64,000 nucleotides of DNA from Prasinococcaceae sp. CCMP 1430 (taxonomy: Eukaryota > Plantae > Prasinodermophyta): positions 43,696 through 107,695 of the forward strand of contig RQSC01000015.1 of NCBI GenBank assembly GCA_013416795.1, in the 5' to 3' direction. Below the pieces are notes generated by a model. That model was not told the origin of the DNA. It saw only the letters and a list, made by a program, of their open reading frames with translations, and did no database searches. A program made the translations under genes and the position numbers. The stretch's first letter is position 1; the number at the start of each line of letters is the position of its first letter. Of the stretch, positions 35,501 to 46,870 are shown piece by piece.

Positions 35501-38183
35501 CACCGGCCTCGTGCTGTCGCGGCTCCAGGCGGACAGCGGCGACGCGAGTCTGCGCATGAGCGGGAGGCTGCTGGGCCCCGAACAGAATGCCACCTTCTCG
35601 CTCGTGGAGTTCCCGGCGCCGCTGCTGCTCAGCCTCGCGCGCTCCTCCCCCGCGGGGGCGCCCACCACCGGCGGCGGTGGCGTCGGCCCGGCGGGGAACT
35701 TGGTCGAGCTCGCCCCCGGCCCCAACGGCAGCGTGAGCGAGCGCGCTCCGCCAATCAGTGGTGCCCTGTACGTGCAGGGGAAGGTGCTTGGCACCACCGA
35801 GCGTCCCGAGGCTGAGGTGAGCGTCAAGCTCCTCGACGGTGCGGTCGGCGACACGCCGCTGCAGAAGGCCGAGGCCAATGCGGCGGTCACGCGCTCGCGT
35901 CGCCTGGCGTTCAACGCGCTCCTGTCGCCCGCGACGGCGCCCGGGCACCTGCGGCTCGCGGGGAGTCTCCCGCTTCCGCGCGGCCTCGTTGCATCGACGG
36001 AAGACGCCAAGGGCTCGGAGGGACCCGAAGCGGAGGGCGAGGAGGGCGGCGGCGCTCTTGCCGGCGACGACGAGCCGGGCTCGGCGAGCCTGGCCGGACA
36101 GGGGCAGCAGCGCGTCGCGCTGTCCGACGCAATCGCCATTGACTGCGTGGTCAAGGACAGCGGGATGCTCGTCATGAATGCCGCCACGAACGGCGAGGTG
36201 CAATGGCTGACGGGCGGTGCCGACATCACGCTGCAGGTGCGCGGCACCGTGGAGGACCCCGTCGCCAACGGGATGGCCAACATCACGCGCGCCGCCATCG
36301 ACGTGCCCGCCGCCTTCCCAAAGCCCGTCACGGCGCTGGGCTGCAGCGCGAGCATCGATCGAAACGTGCTGCGCGTCCGCTCGCTCGAGGGGCGCTGCGG
36401 GCGGCGCGGGTACGTGCGCGCGAGCGGCGCGCTGCCGCTCACGCCACACGCCGCCGAGCTCGAGGCCGAGCGCCTCGCCCAGGAGGCGGCCGCCGACGGC
36501 GATGACGAGGAGGTGGCCGACGCGGAGTCGTCGCGAGGGGCTGCGGTTCCCTCTCCCGCAGCGCTGCGCATATCCGCGGACTCGCTCGAGGTGCGCGTGC
36601 GCAACGCCTTCACTGGCCAGCTCGACGCGGACATCGCCGTGAGCGGCAACGCCGCCGCCGTCTGCGTGGGTGGCGGCCTGCGCCTGAGCAAGGGCACCGT
36701 CTTCCTCCTGGGCGTCACCGAGAAGCAGGAGCACGGGGACAGCAGCGAAGTCGGCGCCAAGGTGCGTGCGTATGCGTGTGCGCGTGTGCTTGCGTGTGTG
36801 CGGGAGTGTGTGTGAGAGAGGGACGGAGGGAGAGGCAGTCGTCTTCGTTGATCGTGAGGGCCGTGTGGCGCGCTTCGCACGCTCCCCGCCTGGTGTGTCG
36901 AGGCTGACGCGTGAATCTTCCTTTTGTGTGTGCGCCCGCCGACACAGGCCGCGCAGGCGAGCGGCCCGAGCGCCATGGGCGCGGCGTTTTCCGCGCCCGT
37001 GCACATGGGCGAGTACGACGTGCCGATGCTGCGAACTCCCGCGGAGATGCTGATGGGCGGCGTCGACGGCGGCGTCGCGGGCGCCGACGGCCTGCCGGGC
37101 GCCGAGTACGAGTCCGTGGACGAGGCGCTGGCCGCGGCGGGCGTGCCGCTGCTGCAGGGCCTCACCGTCACGCTCGGCCCCGAGCTGCGTGCGGTGTACC
37201 CCTTCGTGATCAACTTCGGCATCCAGGGCGAAATCGAGCTCGAGGGCTACGCCGACCCCTCGGCGCTGCGCCCGAGCGGCGCCATCGAGTTCACCAGCGG
37301 CGAGGTCAACCTCGTGGCCACGCAGGTGCGCCTCAACCGCGAGCACGTCAACCGCGCCGTGCTCGTCCCCGAGCACGGCCTCGACCCCACGCTCGACGTG
37401 TCGCTGCTGGGCGCCGACCTGATGCTCAACGTCAAGGGCCGCGCCTCCAACTGGCAGGACAGCCTCGTGCTGCAGTACACGGGCGCCGGCGCGGGCGCGC
37501 AGGGGGCCGACGCCGGCGGCGCCGGCGTCACCGGCGCCGACTCGCTGAGCCGCTCGGAGGCCGCGCGCGTCTTCGAGGGCCAGCTCGCCGAGTCGCTGCT
37601 CGAGAAGGACGGCCAGCTCGCCTTCGCCCACCTGGCGAGCTCCACCATCGGCACGCTGCTTCCCAAGATCGAGACGCAGGGGCAGTACGGACAGGCGCGC
37701 TGGCGGCTCATGAGTGCGCCCACGCTGCCCAACCTCGCCTCGCTGGACCCGCTGGTGGACCCCTTCAGGTCGCTGGCGCAGGTGCGTGAGCGCGCGCGTG
37801 TGCGTGTGTTGGAGTGTGGGTGTGCGTGCGTGCAGTTGCGCGGAACGCGCGAAGGGCTCGCGCCCCGCACGCGGTCGCGAAACGCGCGGCGTGCGCTCCG
37901 TGGCGCGCCCGGACGCGCGTGTGCGCACGCGCACGCCTGACGCGCGCGCGTGCTCCCACGCACACACGTGCACACGCACGCGCAGATGTCGCTTGGCGCC
38001 GAGATGGAGCTCACGCTGGGCAAGTGCCAGGCGCTGGTGGAGCGGCGCAAGCGCGACACGGGCGTGCACACCGGCTGGAGCCTGGTGTACCGCCTCACCA
38101 ACCGGCTGAGGGTGCTGCTCGCGAGGAACTTCGGCGACGCCAGCGGGAGGGCCATCGTCGAGTACACGCAGGCGCCCAACTGA
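32516..38183 (+). CDS. TIC236: TIC236/EMB2410 (TamB/AsmA-like chloroplast envelope bridge protein); gap or frameshift at the N at 32805; start uncertain
   Basis: N-terminal VRLGRVVSITP..GVEVGP segment, long exon (VQFRGSLNF..FEGERMYLHNASG..) to 36761, then exons 36948-37781 and 37986-38183. C-terminal TamB-like PELRAVYPFVINF..VNLVATQVRLNREHVN..EHGLDPTLDVSL and WSLVYRLTNRLRVLL..IVEY. Confidence 0.88.
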
Positions 38184-38247
38184 GCGCCGAACCGTATAAG
38201 AGACTGCTCGAGCGTGACGTTGGCGTTGGTGTGTGCCTCTCTCTCTC

Positions 38248-38283
<36 letters not shown>

Positions 38284-38484
38284 TGTGTGTGTATGTGTGT
38301 GTGTGCGTGTACCCGTGTGCGTTTGTGGTAAGTGTGTGTGCGCGAGAACACGCCCAGTGCGCCACACACGCCCCCCCGGGCGCGTCCGGGCGTGCCCGCC
38401 TTCCACCCCCCCACACACACCCACACCCACACACCCCAAACCATCACATCGCGCGCTAGTCTGGCTTCCCTCCTCGCGCGCGGC

Positions 38485-39984
38485 ATGCTCGGGGTGCGCG
38501 CGTGTGCGCGCGCACACACACGCGCGTGCACGCAGGCGCGCACGCGCGCACGCGCGCACGCGCGTGCGCGCGTGCGCATGCACGTGCGCGCGGAGGCGCA
38601 GGGGTCGGGGCGCCGCGCGCTCCTTCTCGCGGCGCTCGGGGCGGCGCCCGTGGCCGCGGCGTCCAAGGTATGTGTGTTTGTGCGCGTGCGTGTGTGCGTG
38701 CGTGCACGTGTGTGTGTGCGTGTGTGTGTCGTCGCGCGTGTTGTGAGCGCTGACAGACCCTCCTCTCCGTGACCATCCTCACACAGGCGCAGGGGTCCAA
38801 GTCCGCGCTCGCCGCCGAGTACGACGCGTACGCCGCGCGCTACGACGGCCTCGACGGCGGCGCCGCCGCCGACGCGGCGGGCTTCACCGCGCTGCGTGGG
38901 CGGCTGTTGGCGGGCGCGCGGGGCGACGTGCTCGAGGTGGCGTGCGGCACCGGCCTCAACTTCGGGTACTACGCGCTCGCGGGGCAGAGGTGCGTGCGCG
39001 GCACCTGCGCACACACGCACATCCCGCGCGCACACACACGCACGTACGCAAGCACACCCACACGCGATCGCGCTCACACACACACGCACGAAGACACAAC
39101 TGCGAATGCGTGCACGCGCACGCGCACACACGCGTTCGCACGCGCTCAACCACACGCTCACACTCACACTAACGCGCCCGCGCGCACACTCGCGCTCGCA
39201 GCGGCGGTGCCGATGGTAGCGAAGGCGCCGTGCGCGGCGTGACGGGCGTGGACATCAGCGGCGGCATGCTCGCCGAGGCGCGCGCGCGCGTGGCCTCCAT
39301 GGGCGCGGCGGCGGAGGCCGCCTTCGACCTCGTCGAGGCCGACGCGACGGCCACCGGCCTCCCCGCGGGCTCGTACGACACCGTCGTGGACACGTTCAGC
39401 CTGTGCACCTTTGATAAGGTGTGTGCGTGCGCACGCGCAGGCGCAGGCATAGGGAGCGCGTGCGCGGGCGCACGCGCATGCTGACGCACACGCACGCACA
39501 CGCCCACGCGCACGCACACGCGCACACACACGCATACACGCTCTCTCTCTCGCGCGCACACACACATGCACACACACACACACACACGCGCCACGCACCA
39601 CGCACCACGCCTTCGCCTCAAGCCCGTCGCCGCGCTGGAGGAGATGCTGCGGCTGCTGAGGCCGGGAGGGAGGCTACTCCTCGCCGAGCACACGCGCTCC
39701 GCCGCGGCCTTTGGCCTGCTGGGCGCCTACCAAGTGCGTGTGCGCGCGCGCGCGTGCGTGCGCGCGAGTGTGTGAATGTGCGTGTATGCGCTGACAGACC
39801 CCCCCGCTGTGACTACCAGGATGCCACCGCGGGCGCCGTGGCGGCCACCGCGAAGGGCTGCGTGTGGAACATGGACGTCGACGCCATGCTGCAAGAGGCG
39901 GGGGTGTACGACGCCGCCAGGGAGGTGCGCGTCACGCCGCAGCTGCTGGGCACGGTGACCGTCTTCGAGGTAGACCTCAAATGA
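38485..39984 (+). CDS. Class I SAM-dependent methyltransferase (Methyltransf_11 type), probably organelle-targeted
   Basis: Spliced exons give GDVLEVACGTGLNF (motif I), VTGVDISGGML, YDTVVDTFSLCTF, EMLRLLRPGGRLLLAEH and AKGCVWN. The N-terminal Arg/Ala-rich leader includes RRALLLAA. Confidence 0.85.
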
Positions 39985-40255
39985 GTAATGAAGTTCAGTA
40001 GCTACGACAACATGCGAGCTCACACACGCGCACGCGCGCGCGCGCGTGCTGCGGCCTCAGGCTCGTTCATTATTACACTCCTACACACGCACGCACACGA
40101 GCACGAACGCATGCAAGCGCACGCGCACTGTGTGCGCCCACGCATGTGTGCGCGCGAGTGTGCACTTGTACGGACTGGTGCGCGCGCGTGGATGTGTGTG
40201 TTTGTGTGTGTGTGCATGTGTGTCCGCGTGCGTGCGTGTACCCACGCGCGGAAGC

Positions 40256-42073
40256 TCACTCCTCGCGCACCTCGCGCAGCGGGCGAACGGGCACCCCCTC
40301 GCAGCCCTCGTTAGTGACCTCGATGAGCTCCCACAGCTCGATTCCCGCGCGCGCGCACGCCGCCTCGACCTCCGCGGCGCGCTCCGCCGGGGGCCACGCG
40401 CCGTCGGGCGTCGCCAGCATGGCGCCCGTGTATGCCTGCCCCGCGTGTGCCGCCGCGCCGCTGTAGTAAAAGAGCGCCCAGCTCAGGTCGTCCGCGGCGC
40501 CCACCACGCGCCACAGCTCCTGCCGTGCGTGTGCGTGCGCGCGTGCGCGTGCGGGTGCGCGTGCGTGCGAGTGCGCGCGCGTGTGTGCGCACGCGTGAGG
40601 CGGTGGTGTGGGAATGGCCACGGCGGGGGGGCTGTCAGCGCCCAGCACCACGCATTGACACGCTCATATATGCACCCACACACATGAAAACACGCACACG
40701 TGCACACACACGCGTGTGCGAGCACACGCGCGCGCGCGCACTAACGCACCTTGGACACCACGCCGCTGTCGCGGAAGGCCAGCTCGTACACGCCGGGGGT
40801 GAACGACGGCCGCACGCGCGCCGCCGTCGTCGGCGCGCCATCGCCGGACGCAGGCGCCGACGCGGCGGCGCCCGGCAGCGCGGCGCGCCGACAGCTGTAG
40901 TCGCTGGTGCGCCACATCGCTCGCGGCTCGTCCTCGAGGCTGTACACCTGAGAGACACACGCAAACGCAGAGGGTCAGCTTGGGACAAATACGAAAACAC
41001 GCGCGTACGCACACGAAACACGCGAGCTCGCGAAAGCACACACACTGTCGCACGTGCACGCACGTGCGCAATGCGCGCATGCACAGACACACCACACACA
41101 CGCACGCACACAGGTACACACACACGCACGCCAACGCGCACGCGACAGACACACGCACCTTGAACGCCGGGTTGTACCACATCGACCCCCTGGCCCTGCC
41201 GCGGTAGAAGAGCTGGTACTGGCACGGGAAGTGCTCGTACGCCGGGTTGAGCCCCGCGCAGGCGATCCAGCTGTGCCGCAACACCCTCCTGCCGCCGGGG
41301 CCCGACGCGGAGGGCGCGCGTGCGTGTGTGTGCGCCTCCGGCGCGTGTGTGTGCGCCTCCGGCGCGTGTGTGTGTGCGTGCGTGCCCGCGGCGCCGTCCA
41401 TCTGGTCCGCAAGGTCGTCCGCCGCGTCCGCGACCGCCTGCGCCGACGCGCGCCGAGGTCAGCTGCTTGCACGCACACGCGTGCACGCACGCACGCACGC
41501 ACACTCACACGCGACAAGCCATGGTCACACACATCGTACACATACACACACTCACGCGTACACACGCACACACACGCGCACGCGCACGTGCACACACGTA
41601 CACACACAAAGACAAACACAAACACACACACACGCGTGCACGCACGCACACACACACCCACACGCACCTCCTCCGGCGCGAAGGCCGCCGGCGCGAGCCC
41701 CTCCGGCGCCTCCTTCCCGAACCAGCCCACGTAGATCTCCTCGGCGGCCTCGTGCGTGAGCTCCGCGCCGCGCCAGCTGGCGAGCGGCGGCGCGAGCGGC
41801 GCCGCGCACGCCTCGGCGGCGTTGCCCATGCAGTTGTGGCGCTGGATGAAGCACGCGGCGAAGGACTCGAAGCGGGCGCTGTCGTACGTGCGCAGGCAGC
41901 GGTACATCGTCGCCTTGGTGGCGTGGGTGCGCGTGTGTGTGGGGTGCGGTCGCAGTGACGGTGTGGGGTACGAGGCGTCAGCCGTGGGCTCGCGCGGATG
42001 CGTGCGTGAGACACACAAACAAACACACACACGCACACACAGAGTAACCAAGCTTCAGAACTAATAGCACGAG

Positions 42074-42115
<42 letters not shown>

Positions 42116-43000
42116 AACGCACACGCGGACGCACACACACACACACGCGCGCGCGCACACACACACGCACACGCGGACGCACACGCGCTGGCTCGCGCAC
42201 CTGGTCGTTGAGCCCCGCGGCGTCTACGCAGCGCAGCGCCCCGCGGCACGCGGCGTCGGCGTAGCACCTCGCGAGCTGCGAGGCGCAGTTGCGCGCGAGG
42301 CAGGCGGCCTCGCGCACGCCCACGCGCGAGTTGGCGCCGACGGCGGCCACCTTGCCCTTCGCGGGCGCCACCGAGGCGTCCGCGAGCATCAGCAGCAGGA
42401 AGAGGAGGTCGCCGGGCGTCCTGGCGTTGGTTTGCATGCGCGCGTGTATGCGGCGAGTCAGCATGCGCGAGCGACGCAAACACACACACACTTGCACACA
42501 CACACACACACACACACTTGCACACACACAAACACACACACACACACACACGCACACGCACACACACATACAAACACACACACACGCGCGCACCTCCTCT
42601 CGTAGAGCGCCGTGGCGGCGTTGACGAGCGCGGCGTCCTCGCTGGCGCGGCTCGCGGCGCCGTCCGCGAGCGCGCCGTGGCCAAAGGCGGCCAGCGCCAG
42701 CGCCTCGGCGGGGAGGAAGTGCAGGCGGTTCTGCGCGGCGAGCTCCGCGCCGCAGTCGAAGGCGAAGCCCGTCGGCACGGCGGCGAGGGCCGACGCCACG
42801 GAGGCGGACAGGCCCGGCGCCCCGTCGCCCCCCTCGTCGCCCCCGACGCCCACCGCGACGTAGTAGTCGGCGGCCGCGACGGCGCCGAGGACGGCCTCGT
42901 CGAGCTCATCAGCGGCTTCGACGTCGAGTTCGTGGTCATCACCGTCGTCGCGCTGCTCGTCCTCACGAGCCTGTGCATCGTGGGCGTGCTCGCGCTGTCG
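40256..43000 (-). CDS. VDR: Violaxanthin de-epoxidase-related protein (VDR); 5' end not resolved
   Basis: Exons give LYERRTPGDLLF..CLARNCASQLARCYADAACRGALRC..DQ / YRCLRTYDS..FAACFIQRHNC..AEEIYVGW / SW..AGLNPAYEHFPCQYQLFYRG..WYNP / ELWRVVGAADDLSWALFYYSGAA..GQAYTGA, typical of the VDR Cys-rich and lipocalin domains. Confidence 0.85.
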
Positions 43001-43402
43001 GGGCAGCGCGGGCGGGCGGTGGCGACCGCGTTCCTCGGAGGGGCGTCGCGCGCGGCGCGCGCGGGGAAGGGCGGCAGCGGCGCGATCGCGCCACACCGGA
43101 GCACAGCCGATCCGTGGCGCCGCGCCACACCGCCCCCTCCGCGCGCCCGACCCTCCCCACCGTGCGTGCGTGCGCCCAGTCTCGCCCGCCTCCCTGCCCC
43201 AACCCGCGGATCGGACGCGCCCGCCCTGCGCCGCCGCCCGCGCACAGCGGCCTCTCGCGTGCGAGCGCGCGCGCAGAGATCTTGGCGCGGAGCGACGGCG
43301 GTCGTGCGCGCCTCGCCGCGGCAGGAGGCACCGACGGGGCTGTGCGTGTCGGTCGCGTAGGCGCAGGGGACACCGAGAAACTCTGCCGATGCTGGCCTGC
43401 CA

Positions 43403-46400
43403 ATGAGCCCGGACGGACCTGAGCGTAAGAGGCAGCGGACTGAGAACGGACGGGGCACGGAAGGGCCTCTGGTGAGCGGTGGAGCGAGCGGCGGCGTAGC
43501 CATGGCGGACGCGGCAAAGGCGGCGGCGGGCGATGTGTTGGTCGATGAGGACCTGCATTCGCGCCAGATAGCCGTGTATGGCAAGGAGAGCATGGCGCGC
43601 CTGGCGACGGCCAGGGTGCTCGTGTGCGGCATGCGCGGCCTCGGCGCCGAGATCGCAAAGAACGTGATCCTCGCAGGCGTGAAGGAGGTCGCGGTGCAGG
43701 ACGCCGGCACTGTGTGCATGGCGGACCTCGGCGCGCACTTTTATCTCGGCGAGGAAGATGTTGGGAAGAACCGCGCCGAGGCGTGCGCCCCCCGGCTGCA
43801 GGACCTGAACCGCGCCGTCGCTGTCGCTGGCATCGCCAGCGAACTGAGCGAGGGGCTCATCGCAGGTTACAACGTGGTGGTGATGACAGACGCGGACGCC
43901 GAGACGGCAGTGCGCTTCAACGAGGCATGCCGCGCGGCCGGCGCGGCGTTCGTCAAGGCAGACATTCGCGGCGTCTTTGGTGCTGTCTTCTGCGACTTCG
44001 GCGACGCATTCGTCGTGACCGACACCGACGGCGAGGAGCCGCACACGGGCATCGTGGCGGCCATCTCGCAGGCCAATCCCGCGCTCGTCAACTGCGTAGA
44101 GGACGAGCGCCTCGAATTTCAGGACGGGGATGAGATCTCCTTCGCTGAGGTCAAGGGAATGACTGAGCTCAACGCTGCCGGACCCATCAAGGTCAAGAAT
44201 GTCAAGGCGCACTCGTTCGAGATCGAGTGCGACACGACTGCCTTCGGTGCGTACTCCACGGGCGGCCTTGTGACGCAGGTGAAGCGCCCCAAAACGCTCG
44301 CATTCAAGCCGCTGCGCGCGGCGCTCCCCGATCCTGGCGAGTTCCTGCTCACAGACTTTGCCAAGTTCGACGCGCCGCCGCTGCTGCACCTCGCCTTCCA
44401 GGCGCTCGGCGCATTCAAGGCGCAGCACAAGCGCCAGCCGGGGGTGCACTGCGCGGATGACGCTGCGGCCGTACTTGCGCTTGCGAAGTCGATCAACGAG
44501 GCCGCCCCCGCGACGGTGAAGGTCACGCTCGACGAGGCGGCCGAGAAGAAGATCGCTGCGCTCTCGCACGGCGCCTCGGCCGAGCTCTCTCCCATGGCCG
44601 CCATGTTCGGCGGCATCGTGGGCCAGGAGATCATCAAGGCAGCGACCGGCAAGTTCCATCCGCTGCATCAGTTCCTGTACTTCGACGCGCTCGAGAGCGT
44701 ACCGGAGGGGCTGACCGCCGACGACTGCCGCTCAGGCGAGGGAACGCGCTACCAGGACCAGGTGGCCGTGTTTGGCTCGGGGATGCAGGACAAGCTGCAC
44801 AAGCTCAACACCTTCCTTGTGGGCGCAGGCGCGCTGGGATGCGAGTTCATTAAGAACTTCGCGATGATGGGCCTGGCGTGTGGGTCAGGTTCGCTTACCC
44901 TGACAGACGATGACACCATCGAGAAATCCAATCTCAGCCGGCAGTTCCTGTTCCGCGACTCGAACATTGGCCAGCCCAAGAGCGGGTGCGCCGCCGCGGC
45001 CGCCAAGGTGATGAACACCAACCTCAACGTCAAGGCCATGCAAGAGCGCGTGTCGCCGGACACCGAGAACGTCTTCAACGACCAGTTCTGGAAGACGACC
45101 GACCTTGTGGTGAACGCGCTCGATAACGTGCAGGCGCGTCTGTACGTCGACCAGCGCTGCGTGTACTTCGCCAAGCCGCTGCTTGAGTCGGGCACACTCG
45201 GCACCAAGTGCAACACGCAGATGGTGATTCCGAGGCTCACCGAGAACTACGGTGCGTCTCGAGACCCGCCCGAGAAGACCGCGCCGATGTGCACGCTCCA
45301 CTCCTTCCCGCACAACATCCACCACTGCCTGACGTGGGCCCGCTCCGAGTTCGAGGGTGCGTTTGAGAAGACCCCATCGGATGTGAACGCGTATCTCACG
45401 CGTGCCGACTATGCGAAAGAGGTGCGCGAGGCTGGCGACGCGCAGTCGCGTGAGGGCCTCGAGCGTGCTGCGTCCTGCCTGCTCAAGGACCGCTGCACGA
45501 CTTTCGACGACTGCGTGCGCTGGGCGCGCATGAACTTCGAGGAGTACTTTCACAACAAGATTGCGCAGCTCATCTACACCTTTCCGGAGGACGCCGTTAC
45601 CTCGACGGGCACGCCATTCTGGTCGCCGCCCAAGCGCTTCCCGCAGGTGGTGGCATTCAGCGCGGACGATCCCGCGTGCCAGATGTTTGCGCTCGCTTTT
45701 GCCAATCTGCGCGCAGAGACCTTCAACATTGAGAAGCCAGCATGGGCCAGCGACGCTGCAGCGGTAGCGCGCGCGGTGGCGGGCGTTGTGGTGCCCGAGT
45801 TCAAGCCAAAGTCAGGCGTTACCATCGTGACGGACCCCAAGGCCACCTCGGCGTCGGCGTCAGAGCCCATAGATGACGCCGCGGTGATTGACAAGACGCT
45901 CGCCGAGATGGAGGCCGTGAAGGCCATGCTGCCGGCGGGCTACGCTCTGGTGGCGGCCGAGTTCGAGAAGGACGACGACACCAATTTTCACATGGATGCT
46001 ATTGCGTCGCTCGCCAACCTGCGCGCGCGCAACTACCACGTGGAGGAGGTTGACAAGCTCAAGGCCAAGTTCATCGCCGGCCGCATCATCCCCGCAATCG
46101 CGACCACCACTGCCATGGCCACCGGCCTGGTGTGCCTCGAGCTCTACAAGGTGCTCAACGAAGCGCCGGTGGAGGCCTACCGCAACACCTTCGCCAACCT
46201 GGCGCTGCCGCTGTTCGCCATGTCAGAGCCCATGCCACCCGCTACGCTGAAGTACAATGGCATGGAGTGGTCACTTTGGGACAGGTGGGTGATCGACGGC
46301 GACGTGATGGTGCAGCAGCTGCTCGACTATTTCAGCGAGAAGAAGCTGAGCTGCTACTCCGTCTCGTGCGGTCAGTCGCTGCTGTACAACTCGATCTTCC

Positions 46401-46606
46401 CTAAGCACCGTGAACGCATGGGCAAGAAAGTTAGCGAGCTCGCCTTCGAAATCGCGAAGGTAGAGGTTCCAGAGGGGCGCGACTGGGTGGACGTGGTGGT
46501 CGCTTGCGAGGCCGAGTATGGCGACGAGGACGAAGGCAAGGACCTCGGCGTGGAGGATGGCGAGGACGTTGACATCCCTGTGGTGTCTATTGTCTTCAAG
46601 CGCTAG
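43403..46606 (+). CDS. UBA1: Ubiquitin-activating enzyme E1, intronless
   Basis: 1067-aa ORF with DEDLHSRQ, VGAGALGCE, IEKSNLSRQFLFR, catalytic PMCTLHSFP and KDDDTNFHMD..IAGRIIPAIATTTA. Confidence 0.97.
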   Translation: MSPDGPERKRQRTENGRGTEGPLVSGGASGGVAMADAAKAAAGDVLVDEDLHSRQIAVYGKESMARLATARVLVCGMRGLGAEIAKNVILAGVKEVAVQDAGTVCMADLGAHFYLGEEDVGKNRAEACAPRLQDLNRAVAVAGIASELSEGLIAGYNVVVMTDADAETAVRFNEACRAAGAAFVKADIRGVFGAVFCDFGDAFVVTDTDGEEPHTGIVAAISQANPALVNCVEDERLEFQDGDEISFAEVKGMTELNAAGPIKVKNVKAHSFEIECDTTAFGAYSTGGLVTQVKRPKTLAFKPLRAALPDPGEFLLTDFAKFDAPPLLHLAFQALGAFKAQHKRQPGVHCADDAAAVLALAKSINEAAPATVKVTLDEAAEKKIAALSHGASAELSPMAAMFGGIVGQEIIKAATGKFHPLHQFLYFDALESVPEGLTADDCRSGEGTRYQDQVAVFGSGMQDKLHKLNTFLVGAGALGCEFIKNFAMMGLACGSGSLTLTDDDTIEKSNLSRQFLFRDSNIGQPKSGCAAAAAKVMNTNLNVKAMQERVSPDTENVFNDQFWKTTDLVVNALDNVQARLYVDQRCVYFAKPLLESGTLGTKCNTQMVIPRLTENYGASRDPPEKTAPMCTLHSFPHNIHHCLTWARSEFEGAFEKTPSDVNAYLTRADYAKEVREAGDAQSREGLERAASCLLKDRCTTFDDCVRWARMNFEEYFHNKIAQLIYTFPEDAVTSTGTPFWSPPKRFPQVVAFSADDPACQMFALAFANLRAETFNIEKPAWASDAAAVARAVAGVVVPEFKPKSGVTIVTDPKATSASASEPIDDAAVIDKTLAEMEAVKAMLPAGYALVAAEFEKDDDTNFHMDAIASLANLRARNYHVEEVDKLKAKFIAGRIIPAIATTTAMATGLVCLELYKVLNEAPVEAYRNTFANLALPLFAMSEPMPPATLKYNGMEWSLWDRWVIDGDVMVQQLLDYFSEKKLSCYSVSCGQSLLYNSIFPKHRERMGKKVSELAFEIAKVEVPEGRDWVDVVVACEAEYGDEDEGKDLGVEDGEDVDIPVVSIVFKR

Positions 46607-46870
46607 ACAACGAAAGCTGCAGCACATACATGGTCTACAGAAGCAGGGCGAGTGTGAGCCCTATCCATTACATCGGCATATCAAGCGCTTCGCACCGCGA
46701 GGCCGCTTTCCCAGTGATGAACCTTCGGTTGTCACGACAGAGCCAGAGAGCGCACCGCTCCGCGCGCGCGCATGATCGGCCCGTGAAAGCGCGCTTGTGG
46801 AGTGCGAGTGCGGAGTGGGCGGGCGCGGGGGGGAGTGGGGGGGCGTTGATTTGCCCTCTGCTTGCCGCCA

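Noticed and set aside
32670-39167. 2165-aa minus-strand ORF, and similar antisense ORFs such as 42458-44668, 20970-23288 and 14440-15972
   Set aside because: Antisense shadows of GC3-rich genes (TIC236, UBA1, ankyrins), with no recognisable domains of their own.
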